Of a DNA stretch of 44,887 bases, positions 36,560 through 44,887 are shown one piece after another. The notes under the pieces were generated by a model, which searched no databases, was not told the DNA's origin, and worked only from the letters and a program-made list of their open reading frames with translations. Positions within the stretch are counted from its first letter, which is position 1, and every line of letters begins with the position of its first letter. The stretch is from Clostridia bacterium (lineage in GTDB: Bacteria; Bacillota; Clostridia; Oscillospirales; CAG-272): contig JAFVXT010000074.1 of assembly GCA_017501005.1 (NCBI GenBank), positions 1-44,887 of the forward strand, in the 5' to 3' direction. Both the position numbers and the translations under genes were made by a program.

Positions 36560-39500
36560 ATGGCAAGAGAATGGACAGCGGCACAGCGCACAGCCATCGA
36601 TACGCGCGACAGAACGCTTTTGCTTTCTGCCGCCGCAGGCTCGGGCAAGACGGCGGTGCTGACCGAACGCATCATCAGCTCTCTTCTCGACCCTGAAAAC
36701 CCTGCCGATATTTCACGCATGCTGATCGTGACCTTCACGAATGCCGCCGCCGCCGAGCTTCGCGCACGCATTACGGCGGCTTTGCAGGAAGCGCTTCGGG
36801 AGGATCCGAAAAACGACCGCCTGGAAACCCAGCTTTTACTGCTCCCCTCGGCCGAGATTCGCACCATTGACGCATTCTGCGCCAAATTTCTGCGCGCGAA
36901 CGCCGCCGCCGTCGGCATTTCGCCGCGCTTCCGTATTGCCGACGAGGCGGAAGGAGAAATGCTTGCCCGCTCTGTCATGCACGAGCTCCTTTCCGACTGC
37001 TACGAAAAGGTGGGCTTTGAGAATCCCGAGGGTGCTCCCTCCTACTGTGAAGAAGACTTTCTCTTGCTGGCCGATTCGCTCTCGGCCGCACGTGATCCGC
37101 AGGAGGTGCTTGCCGACGCATTGCTCGAGCTTTTCAAAAAATGCCGCAATTTCGAGGAAGGTACTTATCTTCTTGCCGACCGTGCCGCCGCCTTTGGTGA
37201 GGAGCTTGCGCATCCCTATGAGGAAAGCACCGCCTACTGCCTGATCGCCGACTATCTTTGCGAGGGCTTAACCCACTACGCGGATCTTTACGAGCAGCTC
37301 TTACCCGAGCTTGCCCGAGAGACCGATCCCAAGCTCCTTCTGAAGCACGGCATGACCTACTGCCGTGACGGCATTGCCGCCGCCTCGCTTGCCGCCGCCA
37401 TGAAAAAAGGCAATACCGAGGAAGCGGCGCACATCATTGACCGTCAGATCTTGAAAATGCCCTTGCCCTCCTGCTCCTCGAGCAGTGCCGCCGACAAGGC
37501 GCTCCACGACCTGCGCGGCGAGCTTCACAATTTCTGCGAAACAAAGGTTCTTCCCTTCCTGCTTTTTAAGGAGGAGGACTTTCAAAGCGAGGGTGCAAGG
37601 CTTTTGCGCGCACTCAAACAGCTTGCCGCACTTGGTATTGCCTTCGAAGAGCGCTTTGCAAAGGAAAAACGCGCGCGCAATCTCTGCCAATACAGCGATC
37701 TTGAAAGCCTGACGCTTGCCGCCCTTTCGAATGAAAAGGGCGAGCCGAGCGCACTTGCACTTGAAAAGCGCGAGGAATATGACGCCGTCTATATCGACGA
37801 ATACCAGGACGTCAACGAGGTGCAGCACAAAATCTTCTCTCTGCTCTCAAAACCGAGAAACCGCTTCATGGTCGGTGATATCAAGCAGAGCATTTACCGT
37901 TTCCGCGGCGCCGATCCGACGATCTTCGCCGCACTGCGTAAGAGCTTCCCCGACTATCGCAGGGACGACCGCGAAAACGCGGCGCAAGCGCTCTTCATGC
38001 AATCGAATTTCCGATGCGATCCCCCCATCATCAATTTCACAAACCTCGTCTTTGCCACCCTGCTCGGCGTGGCGGGCGAGAGCATCGGCTACCGCGAAGA
38101 GGACAAGCTGCACGTCGGAAAAGCATTGCCCGAGGATTTCGTGCCGCAAAAGGTGCGTCTTCTTTTGACGAAGAATTATACGCCGTCCAAAAAAGAAAAG
38201 GAATCCGCCGTCCCTTGCCCGAAGGGGTGCAAAAAGGGCGAGGCGGAGGCACACGCGATCGCCGTTGAGATCGCACGTCTGATCGCGCATGAAAAAATAC
38301 TGAAAAAAGAAAAGAACGCGCAAGGCGAGGAGGTGCTCGTTGAAGCCCCCATTCTCCCCCGTGACATCACCGTGCTCATGAAATCGGTGAAGGGAGACTT
38401 CGCCGCCTCCTTGAGCGAGGAGCTGCTCTCGATGGGGATTCCCACCGAAATTCCCGAGGACGCCGAATTTTTCCTGAACCCCGACGTACTTCTGATCCTC
38501 GCGCTTTTAAACGTCATCAACAATCCCCACCGCGATATTTACCTCGCGGGCGTGTTGCGCTCGCCGCTATACGCCTTCACCATGGACGAGCTTGTCAAAA
38601 TCCGCCAAGCGGGCGAGGACGGCGACACGCTTTACGATGCGCTTCTCCGCCATTACGAGCAGCATGGGGACGACGAAAAATGCCGCCGCTTCTTAGAAAA
38701 GCTCAGCCTTTACCGCGACCGCGCGGAGGGTATGCCCGTCTGGCGGCTTCTGCGCTTCATTTATGACGACACGGCCATCCTCGCCCTCTCCGATCTTTCG
38801 GAAGGCAGCGGAAAGCGAAGCAATTTGCGCCGTCTTTACCATTATTCGCGCACCTTTGAGGGCTATTCCTTCCAAGGGCTCTACTCCTTTTTGCAGTTCA
38901 TCAACCGCATCATTCGCGCGGGCGAAAAGCTTCCGACCGATAAGGAAGGGGCAAGCGAGGGAATGCCGTGCGCCTCATGACCATTCACGTCTCGAAGGGC
39001 CTTGAATTTCCCGTCTGCTTTGTCACGCACTGCGGCAGCGCACTCAAAAGTGCCTTACACACGCCGAAGATTCTCTTTTCCGAACGCTTCGGCGCGGCCT
39101 TGAATCTCTTGACCGACGACGGGCTTGGCCGCATAGCAAACCCGCTTCACCGCGCCGTCTCACTGGAGGGCGAGCTTGCCGACGGCGAAGAAACCCTGCG
39201 CTTGCTTTACGTTGCGCTCACACGCGCCTCCCAGCGTCTATACGTCACGTCAGACGCGTCCAGCCTTCCCAAGCTTTTCCGCACGGTGAAGGATGCCGTC
39301 CCCTCCCGCTTCTCGATTCTGACGGCATCTAACCTGATCTCGCTCGTCTGCGCTTCTCTGCCGATCAGTGCGCCCGAGGATTGCCCTGATGCGCTTGACG
39401 AGTGCGTCACGCTCGCCTCGCTTGACGGTCTTGATATCCTTCGTCACACGGTCACGGGCGACGCACTCTGCACGGTGCCTGCATATACCGAAGAAGAAAG

Positions 39501-40299
39501 TGACGAAAAAGAAGGTGCCGAAGAAGGTATAGCCCCCTCTGTTTTGACCGAGGAGCTCTTACGCAAGCGCTTCGATTTCGTCTATCCGCACGAAGCCGCG
39601 CTCTCCTTGCCCGGCAAGCTCTCGGTTTCGCGCCTCTATCCCGATCTTCTCGATCCCGAGGAGGAGACCGCCTTGCCAACCGAAGCCGAAAGCGAAGGCG
39701 ACGAGGTGTCCTTCCGCCCGATACGCCCTGCCTTTCTTTCGGAGGAGCAAGAGCCCGACGGTGCCGCACGCGGTACGGCCACGCACCTCTTTTTGCAGTT
39801 CTGCCGCTTCGATGCGCTTGCTCTGCACGGCGCGGAAAAGGAGCTGGAGGTGCTGACCGAAAGGAATTTCATCTCAAAAGAGGACGCCGCCCTTGTGCGC
39901 CTCTATGAGATCAAGCGTTTTCTGCGCTCCGAGCTTTTTGCCGATCTGCAAAGAACCGAAAAGATCCACCGCGAGCTGCGCTTCCATGCCTCCCTGCCCG
40001 CGGCGGACTTCACCGCCGACCAAGCGAAAAAAGAAGCGCTCAAGGACGAACGCATCTTCGTGCAGGGCGTCATTGACTGCGTGGCGGTTTACCCTGACGA
40101 CAGCTATGACCTCATCGACTATAAAACCGACCGCGTGCCCAAGGATCACGGAGAGGCCGTCCGTCTTTTGCGCGAGCGACACACGCTGCAGCTTTCCTAT
40201 TACCGTGCCGCATGTACCGAAATGTTCGGCCGTCCGCCCCGCTCTTGCCTCATTTATTCGCTCGCGCTCGGCGAAGCCATAGAGATCGAAACGCGCTGA
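36560..40299 (+). pseudogene. addA: ATP-dependent helicase/nuclease subunit A (AddA/RexA type), interrupted by a frameshift near 38944..38977
   Basis: ORF 36395..38980 carries MAREWTAAQRTAI, Walker A AAAGSGKTAVL, and YIDEYQDVNEVQ. ORF 38968..40299, in a different frame with a 13-nt overlap, carries VRLMTIHVSKGLEFP and the nuclease motif GVIDCVAVY..LIDYKTD. Joined, they give about 1245 aa, normal AddA size. If the break is a sequencing error, this is an intact CDS. Confidence 0.8.
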
Positions 40300-40386
40300 A
40301 GGGCTTTCTCATGCAGAAAGAATATTGCCTCAAGCAAAGGCTTTTGCTAAAAAACCGCGGCGTTTTGCCGAGAATGACACTTTCTA

Positions 40387-40414
40387 TTGACAAACGGCGG
40401 AATCGGTGTATAAT
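40387..40414 (+). promoter_or_regulatory. Sigma-A promoter for cysK
   Basis: TTGACA (40387..40392), 16 nt, TATAAT (40409..40414). Confidence 0.55.
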
Positions 40415-40463
40415 ATAATGGTGAGCACCCCTATTCGACATTAAGAAACAAAGGTTACAAAAC

Positions 40464-41390
40464 ATGATTTGCAATACAATCCTTGACGCGATCGGTGATA
40501 CCCCGATCATCCGTTTACAGCATTTGGCCGAAGAAGACTGCGCCGAGATCCTCGTCAAATTCGAGGGCTTGAACGTCGGCGGCTCAATCAAAACCCGCAC
40601 GGCCTACAATATGATCCTCGATGCCGAAAGAAAAGGCCTTCTCCATGAGAATAGCATCATCGTTGAGCCGACAAGCGGCAACCAGGGCATCGGCCTCTCG
40701 CTTGTGGGCGCGGTGCGCGGCTATCAGGTCAAGATCATCATGCCCGATTCGGTCAGCGAAGAACGCCGCAAGCTGGTCGAGCATTACGGCGCAGAGGTCA
40801 TTCTCGTCCATGATGACGGCAATATCGGCCTCTGCATCGAGGAATGCCTCGCCCTGGCCATGAAAATGAAGGCCGAAAATCCAAACGTTTTCGTGCCCCA
40901 GCAGTTTGAAAACCCCGCCAACCCCGAAGCGCAGAGAAACGGCACCGCCGATGAAATCCTGCGCCAGGTGAACGGCCCGATCCACGGCTTTTGCTCGGGC
41001 ATCGGTACGGGCGGTACCATCACAGGCATCGGCGAAGCACTCAAGGCCAAAAATCCCGATATGACTATTTGGGCCGTCGAGCCCGAAAATGCCGCCATTC
41101 TCTCGGGCGGCTCGATCGGCACGCACGTGCAGATGGGCATTGGCGACGGCGTGATCCCCGCCATTCTCAATTGCAAGATCTTTGACGATATCTGCATCAT
41201 CAAGGACGAAGAAGCCGTCCGCATCTCCAAGGAGCTTGCCTCGCGCGAAGGCATCATGTGCGGCATCAGCAGCGGCACGAACGTCGCCGCCGCCCTCCGC
41301 CTCGCCCGCAAGCTCGGCCGCGGCAAAACCGTTGTCACCGTTTTGCCCGATACCGCCGAACGCTACTTCTCCACCCCTCTTTTCGGCTAA
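40464..41390 (+). CDS. cysK: Cysteine synthase A (O-acetylserine sulfhydrylase)
   Basis: IGDTPIIRL, NVGGSIKTRTA (PLP Lys), EPTSGNQGIGLS and GIGTGGTITG. Confidence 0.92.
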   Translation: MICNTILDAIGDTPIIRLQHLAEEDCAEILVKFEGLNVGGSIKTRTAYNMILDAERKGLLHENSIIVEPTSGNQGIGLSLVGAVRGYQVKIIMPDSVSEERRKLVEHYGAEVILVHDDGNIGLCIEECLALAMKMKAENPNVFVPQQFENPANPEAQRNGTADEILRQVNGPIHGFCSGIGTGGTITGIGEALKAKNPDMTIWAVEPENAAILSGGSIGTHVQMGIGDGVIPAILNCKIFDDICIIKDEEAVRISKELASREGIMCGISSGTNVAAALRLARKLGRGKTVVTVLPDTAERYFSTPLFG

Positions 41391-41429
41391 AACACATCAT
41401 CATATGAAAATTCGTTGAATTTTCACCGC

Positions 41430-41476
41430 AAAAGACCGCTTCTCTGCCATTTTGGCAGAAAAGCGGTCTTTTTTGT
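41430..41476. terminator. Bidirectional intrinsic terminator between convergent cysK and mmcQ-like genes
   Basis: AAAAGACCGCTTCTCTGCCA (41430..41449), loop, TGGCAGAAAAGCGGTCTTTT (41453..41472), then TTGT. An A-tract and a T-tract lie on either side. Confidence 0.8.
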
Positions 41477-41518
41477 GTTCTTCTTGCGTTTCGCCCGCGC
41501 ATACGTGCGCCGACCTCT

Positions 41519-41893
41519 TTAAAGCTGCTTGCGCTTCATTTTCTTTTTCGTCATCTCAAAGCTGATGCCCACAAGAAACTGCACCACGTCCGCCGGCGCG
41601 TCGGGCAGCAGCACCGATACCCAGTGCAATTTGTTCATGTGATAGGCGGGATACACCCCGTCGGACGGGCCAAACGAGCCCTGCATGTCGATCGGTATCT
41701 TCAAGTTGACCACGTCGATCACCTCGTCGCAGTCAAACCCGAACCGCCGCCGCGATACGCGCATGCAGATCGCGTACCACTTGCGGTTGTCTCCATGCCG
41801 CAAAACCGCCGTCTCGAAATCCTCGTCAAACGGATAGTCCGGCACCGTGCCGTACGTATCAAGGCAGAGGGATAAAAATGATTCTTTGGTCAT
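41519..41893 (-). CDS. MmcQ/YjbR family DNA-binding protein
   Basis: About 124 aa. It reads YPFDEDFETAVLRHGDNRKWYAI..NLK...YPAYHMNKLHWVSV.., typical of the YjbR fold family. Confidence 0.75.
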   Translation of the reverse strand: MTKESFLSLCLDTYGTVPDYPFDEDFETAVLRHGDNRKWYAICMRVSRRRFGFDCDEVIDVVNLKIPIDMQGSFGPSDGVYPAYHMNKLHWVSVLLPDAPADVVQFLVGISFEMTKKKMKRKQL

Positions 41894-41911
41894 GGTGTGT
41901 TTCCTTTTTCA

Positions 41912-44887
41912 TTACGCCGCCGCATTTTCATTGATGCTCTCAATAATTTTTCTGATTTCAAACCAAACCGACAAATCCGTGAAGACTTCGACAATACTGC
42001 CTTTATCGGTAAACGGAGGCTCTTGAAGAACAGAAAGATCTTTCATGACACCGTTGCGGACGATATACTCGACAATCTGATTGACAAAATAGATCTGACT
42101 TGCATCAAGCGAAACGTTATCCAAATATTCCGCAAATGCCTCTTTTGCCGCCGCCATATCGAGTCCGACGATCTCGCGCACAAATTCGCCGAGAGGCTTT
42201 TCGCCGTATTCCGCTTCATAGTCTTTTTTGCTGCCAACCTCGCTCCACAAAATGTGCTCGAGCGCTTTGATATCCTCTGCATCTAAAGGAATATTGCTCC
42301 GCAATTTGGCAATGGCCGCTTCATTTTGATGCTGACGGATATAAAACTCTGCTTTTGCTTTATAGTTCTTCAGATCATCATTTTCAAGGTTGGAATCGTT
42401 CCATTCGGTAGAAAGAATCTCATCATCAAAATTGGAGATGTATTTTACGCTTGCTTTCGGAATATATTTCATCAGCTCGCGGAGATTCTCACGGATATGC
42501 TCAAACTCATTGATACCCGCATTCTCCAAATAATCGGTATGCAGGATCTTGTTGATCAAATCAGATTGCGCCATGATTTCGGGAATGTTCGCCACACTCG
42601 CAATGCCGCTGACCTTTTTATAAAGATCAGTGCATGCACGGTTATATTTTTTTCCCGCAAGATAAGCAAGTTCGATTCCGTATATCAAAGCATCAAAGCG
42701 AACCGCCGATGCCTCATCCTCATCGGGGATGATCAACGGTGCAAGCTCTTCCGCCATCAATAATGTATCTTCATAGGTAAGCGAATTGTAATTGTCAGGA
42801 TTTGCATATTGCTCAACGTAGCGCAAATGCTGACGAACGGCAAAATTTTCGCGGTTCAGTTCACGCACTTTGCGTACCATATCGTCAACCAAGACTTTAC
42901 GGAATGCAATTAAATCGTCCGTTTGATAGGCGATATCCTGCAATTTGAAAGCAATTTGCGCCTTTAATTTGAAAATTGCGCCTTGCAAAGCAAGTTGACT
43001 TGCCGTCGGGCGACCGCTCGACATACGGAAAAACTCAAAATTCCCGCAAAAATCAAAGATATAAAATTTATCCTTATCCTTGCCGTCGATAAGCCCATCG
43101 CAACGGCGTGTGCCGCGCCCGATCATCTGCCAGAACTTTGCTTTGCTCATCACCTTTTTAAAGAAAACAAGATTGAGCACTTCCGGCACGTCAATGCCCG
43201 TGTCGAGCATATCAACAGAAATCGCAATCTGCGGTAATTTCTTTGGATTTGAAAACTCGTCAATCGCGCTTTGCGCATAGGTCATGTAATTGTCGATAAC
43301 CTTGGTATAGCCGGGAAGATGGGGATATTCCTTCCCGAATATCTCGTGGATCTTTTCGGCATGCTCATGATTTTTGGCAAAAATGATCGTCTTGCCGAGC
43401 TTTTCTCCATAATCAATACGCAAGCCGTCGTTCATAAGTATATGTAGCACTTGACGGATCGTATCTTCGTTAAATACCCACTCGTTGATCGCAGACGAAG
43501 AAATGCTTTCGGGCAGTTCGCCGTTCTCGTTTTCAAACGTATTTTCATAAGCTTCTTTGTCGGATTCGGAAAGATCGTCGTAAACGATGCCTTGTTCAAT
43601 AAATTTCAGTTTGCTCTCGACAGACATGAAATCGACAAGAAAGCCGTCGGTCACCGCTTGCGAAAGCTCGTAGGCGTATGTCGGTACGTTGGTTTCAAGC
43701 TCGAAAATATCGTAAGTATTTTTATCAATCTCATCTTTGGGCGTGGCGGTAAGACCAACCAAAGGCGCGTCGAAATAGTTGAAAATATCTCTATATTTAT
43801 TGTAAATAGAACGGTGCGCCTCATCCACGATCACAAGATCAAAATGCCCCACGGTAAAGAGCTTTTTCTCGTCCTCGTCCTTCACCGTATCAATGCAGTT
43901 CATCATCGTCTGATAAGTCGAGAAAACACACCGCGCACCAAAATTGTCTTTCTCTTCGCAAAGATTGGTGACAGAAAGATCGGGCAGCATATTCACAAAA
44001 GCGCGCTTCGCTTGCGTAACAAGCGAATTGCGGTCGGCAAGGAAGAGAATGTTTTTCACCCATCCGTGATCAAGCAATGCTTTGCAAAGCGCAATCACCG
44101 TTCTCGTCTTGCCCGAGCCCGTTGCCATCACAAGCAACGCTTTGCGACGATTCTTCTTATCAAACGCCTCGCATACTGCCTTGATCGCGCCCTCTTGATA
44201 GTAACGGCCGGCAATCACCTTATCCACTGTCACGTTTTTCAGGCTCGTGCGCATCGTGTGCAAATTGAAAAGCTTTTCAAGGTCGCGCTTGGAGTAGACC
44301 GATGCCACCTTGCGTTCGGGATAATACCGATCGTCTATAATGCGTGTATCAAAGCCATTCGAAAGAAATATGATCGGTCTGCGTCCGTATTTCTTTTCCA
44401 AAAGATCGGCATAAAGTTTGGCCTGCTGTCTGCCCTTTGAAACGTCCGCACAAGTGCGCTTGGCTTCAAGCACTGCAAGAGGCTTGCCGTCGTCGCCAAA
44501 TAGAACGTAGTCGGCATAACCTACCTCGCTCTTGTTGGGCATACCGTAAAGCTCGACTTCATTCAGCCAGTCCTTCCCTTCAGTCCAGCCAGCGTCTTCG
44601 AGCATAAAGTCAATATAAATTTTTCGCGTTTTGTATTCAGACAAGTCAAGCGGCTTCGGCACGTAGGTCTGCTGCTGCTCGGCACGTCGCGCGGTCAGCT
44701 CGTCCTTGAGTGCTTTGTTTTCCTCAATCAGCTTGGAAATATCAATCTCGTTTTCAGGAACGAAGGAGAGAGCCTCGTCAACGGTAAGCTCCAGCAAGGA
44801 TTTGTCAAAATGCTGCTCGGTGTATTCGGGCGCGTAGAAATACGCCACACAGTCAAGGAAGACAAAGAGATTTTCAAGGCACAACTC
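41912..44887 (-). CDS. hsdR: Type I restriction endonuclease subunit R (EcoEI-like); the 5' end probably lies beyond the right edge of the window
   Basis: HsdR N-terminal nuclease block YADYVLFGDDGKPLAVLEAKR, helicase motif I VMATGSGKT, motif II VIVDEAHR, a helicase C domain, and an EcoEI_R_C-like tail. The frame is open to the last base of the window. The only in-window start is a TTG 3 nt from the edge. Confidence 0.85.
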   Translation of the reverse strand, partial: ELCLENLFVFLDCVAYFYAPEYTEQHFDKSLLELTVDEALSFVPENEIDISKLIEENKALKDELTARRAEQQQTYVPKPLDLSEYKTRKIYIDFMLEDAGWTEGKDWLNEVELYGMPNKSEVGYADYVLFGDDGKPLAVLEAKRTCADVSKGRQQAKLYADLLEKKYGRRPIIFLSNGFDTRIIDDRYYPERKVASVYSKRDLEKLFNLHTMRTSLKNVTVDKVIAGRYYQEGAIKAVCEAFDKKNRRKALLVMATGSGKTRTVIALCKALLDHGWVKNILFLADRNSLVTQAKRAFVNMLPDLSVTNLCEEKDNFGARCVFSTYQTMMNCIDTVKDEDEKKLFTVGHFDLVIVDEAHRSIYNKYRDIFNYFDAPLVGLTATPKDEIDKNTYDIFELETNVPTYAYELSQAVTDGFLVDFMSVESKLKFIEQGIVYDDLSESDKEAYENTFENENGELPESISSSAINEWVFNEDTIRQVLHILMNDGLRIDYGEKLGKTIIFAKNHEHAEKIHEIFGKEYPHLPGYTKVIDNYMTYAQSAIDEFSNPKKLPQIAISVDMLDTGIDVPEVLNLVFFKKVMSKAKFWQMIGRGTRRCDGLIDGKDKDKFYIFDFCGNFEFFRMSSGRPTASQLALQGAIFKLKAQIAFKLQDIAYQTDDLIAFRKVLVDDMVRKVRELNRENFAVRQHLRYVEQYANPDNYNSLTYEDTLLMAEELAPLIIPDEDEASAVRFDALIYGIELAYLAGKKYNRACTDLYKKVSGIASVANIPEIMAQSDLINKILHTDYLENAGINEFEHIRENLRELMKYIPKASVKYISNFDDEILSTEWNDSNLENDDLKNYKAKAEFYIRQHQNEAAIAKLRSNIPLDAEDIKALEHILWSEVGSKKDYEAEYGEKPLGEFVREIVGLDMAAAKEAFAEYLDNVSLDASQIYFVNQIVEYIVRNGVMKDLSVLQEPPFTDKGSIVEVFTDLSVWFEIRKIIESINENAAA

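Noticed and set aside
43451-44440. 329-aa plus-strand ORF
   Set aside because: It is antisense to hsdR, whose helicase motifs are clear.

Overview
This 44.9-kb window looks like chromosomal core from a moderately GC-rich, endospore-forming Firmicute of Clostridia type. That reading rests on gene content: spoIIR, spoIIE, a CotH-family protein, rny-ymdB and a CIRCE-controlled hrcA-grpE-dnaK-dnaJ operon. Nearly all the long ORFs are recognisable housekeeping genes: ireB, ribF, prmA, rsmE, greA, lysS, alr, truB, cysK, a DAHP synthase and two tandem S41 peptidases. RNA and regulatory elements I can read directly are listed here. (1) One tRNA-Leu(UAG) on the minus strand, with its own promoter and terminator. 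(2) A perfect CIRCE operator. (3) A complete T-box leader in front of the DAHP synthase gene, with promoter, Stem I motifs, T-box sequence, antiterminator and terminator. Its putative specifier is UUC (Phe). (4) About a dozen near-consensus sigma-A promoters and several intrinsic terminators. I saw no CRISPR array, rRNA, transposase or integrase, and no convincing novel multi-gene system. The points most worth a second look are these. (1) The AddA helicase-nuclease gene is split by a frameshift confined to 38944..38977, which contains G-runs, and no addB lies next to it. (2) A conserved but uncharacterised DUF1538 membrane protein sits with a tandem PII-like protein. (3) A conserved UPF0210 plus ACT-domain pair has no assigned function. 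(4) A 20-bp perfect palindrome pairs the 3' end of tRNA-Leu and is followed directly by a four-helix-bundle (23S rRNA IVS-type) gene. (5) An AraC-controlled divergent oxidoreductase/isomerase module has back-to-back consensus promoters. (6) A visibly AT-richer, 5'-truncated type I restriction hsdR gene lies at the right edge, so any partner genes would be outside the window. All protein calls come from reading the translations for family motifs. No database search was run.
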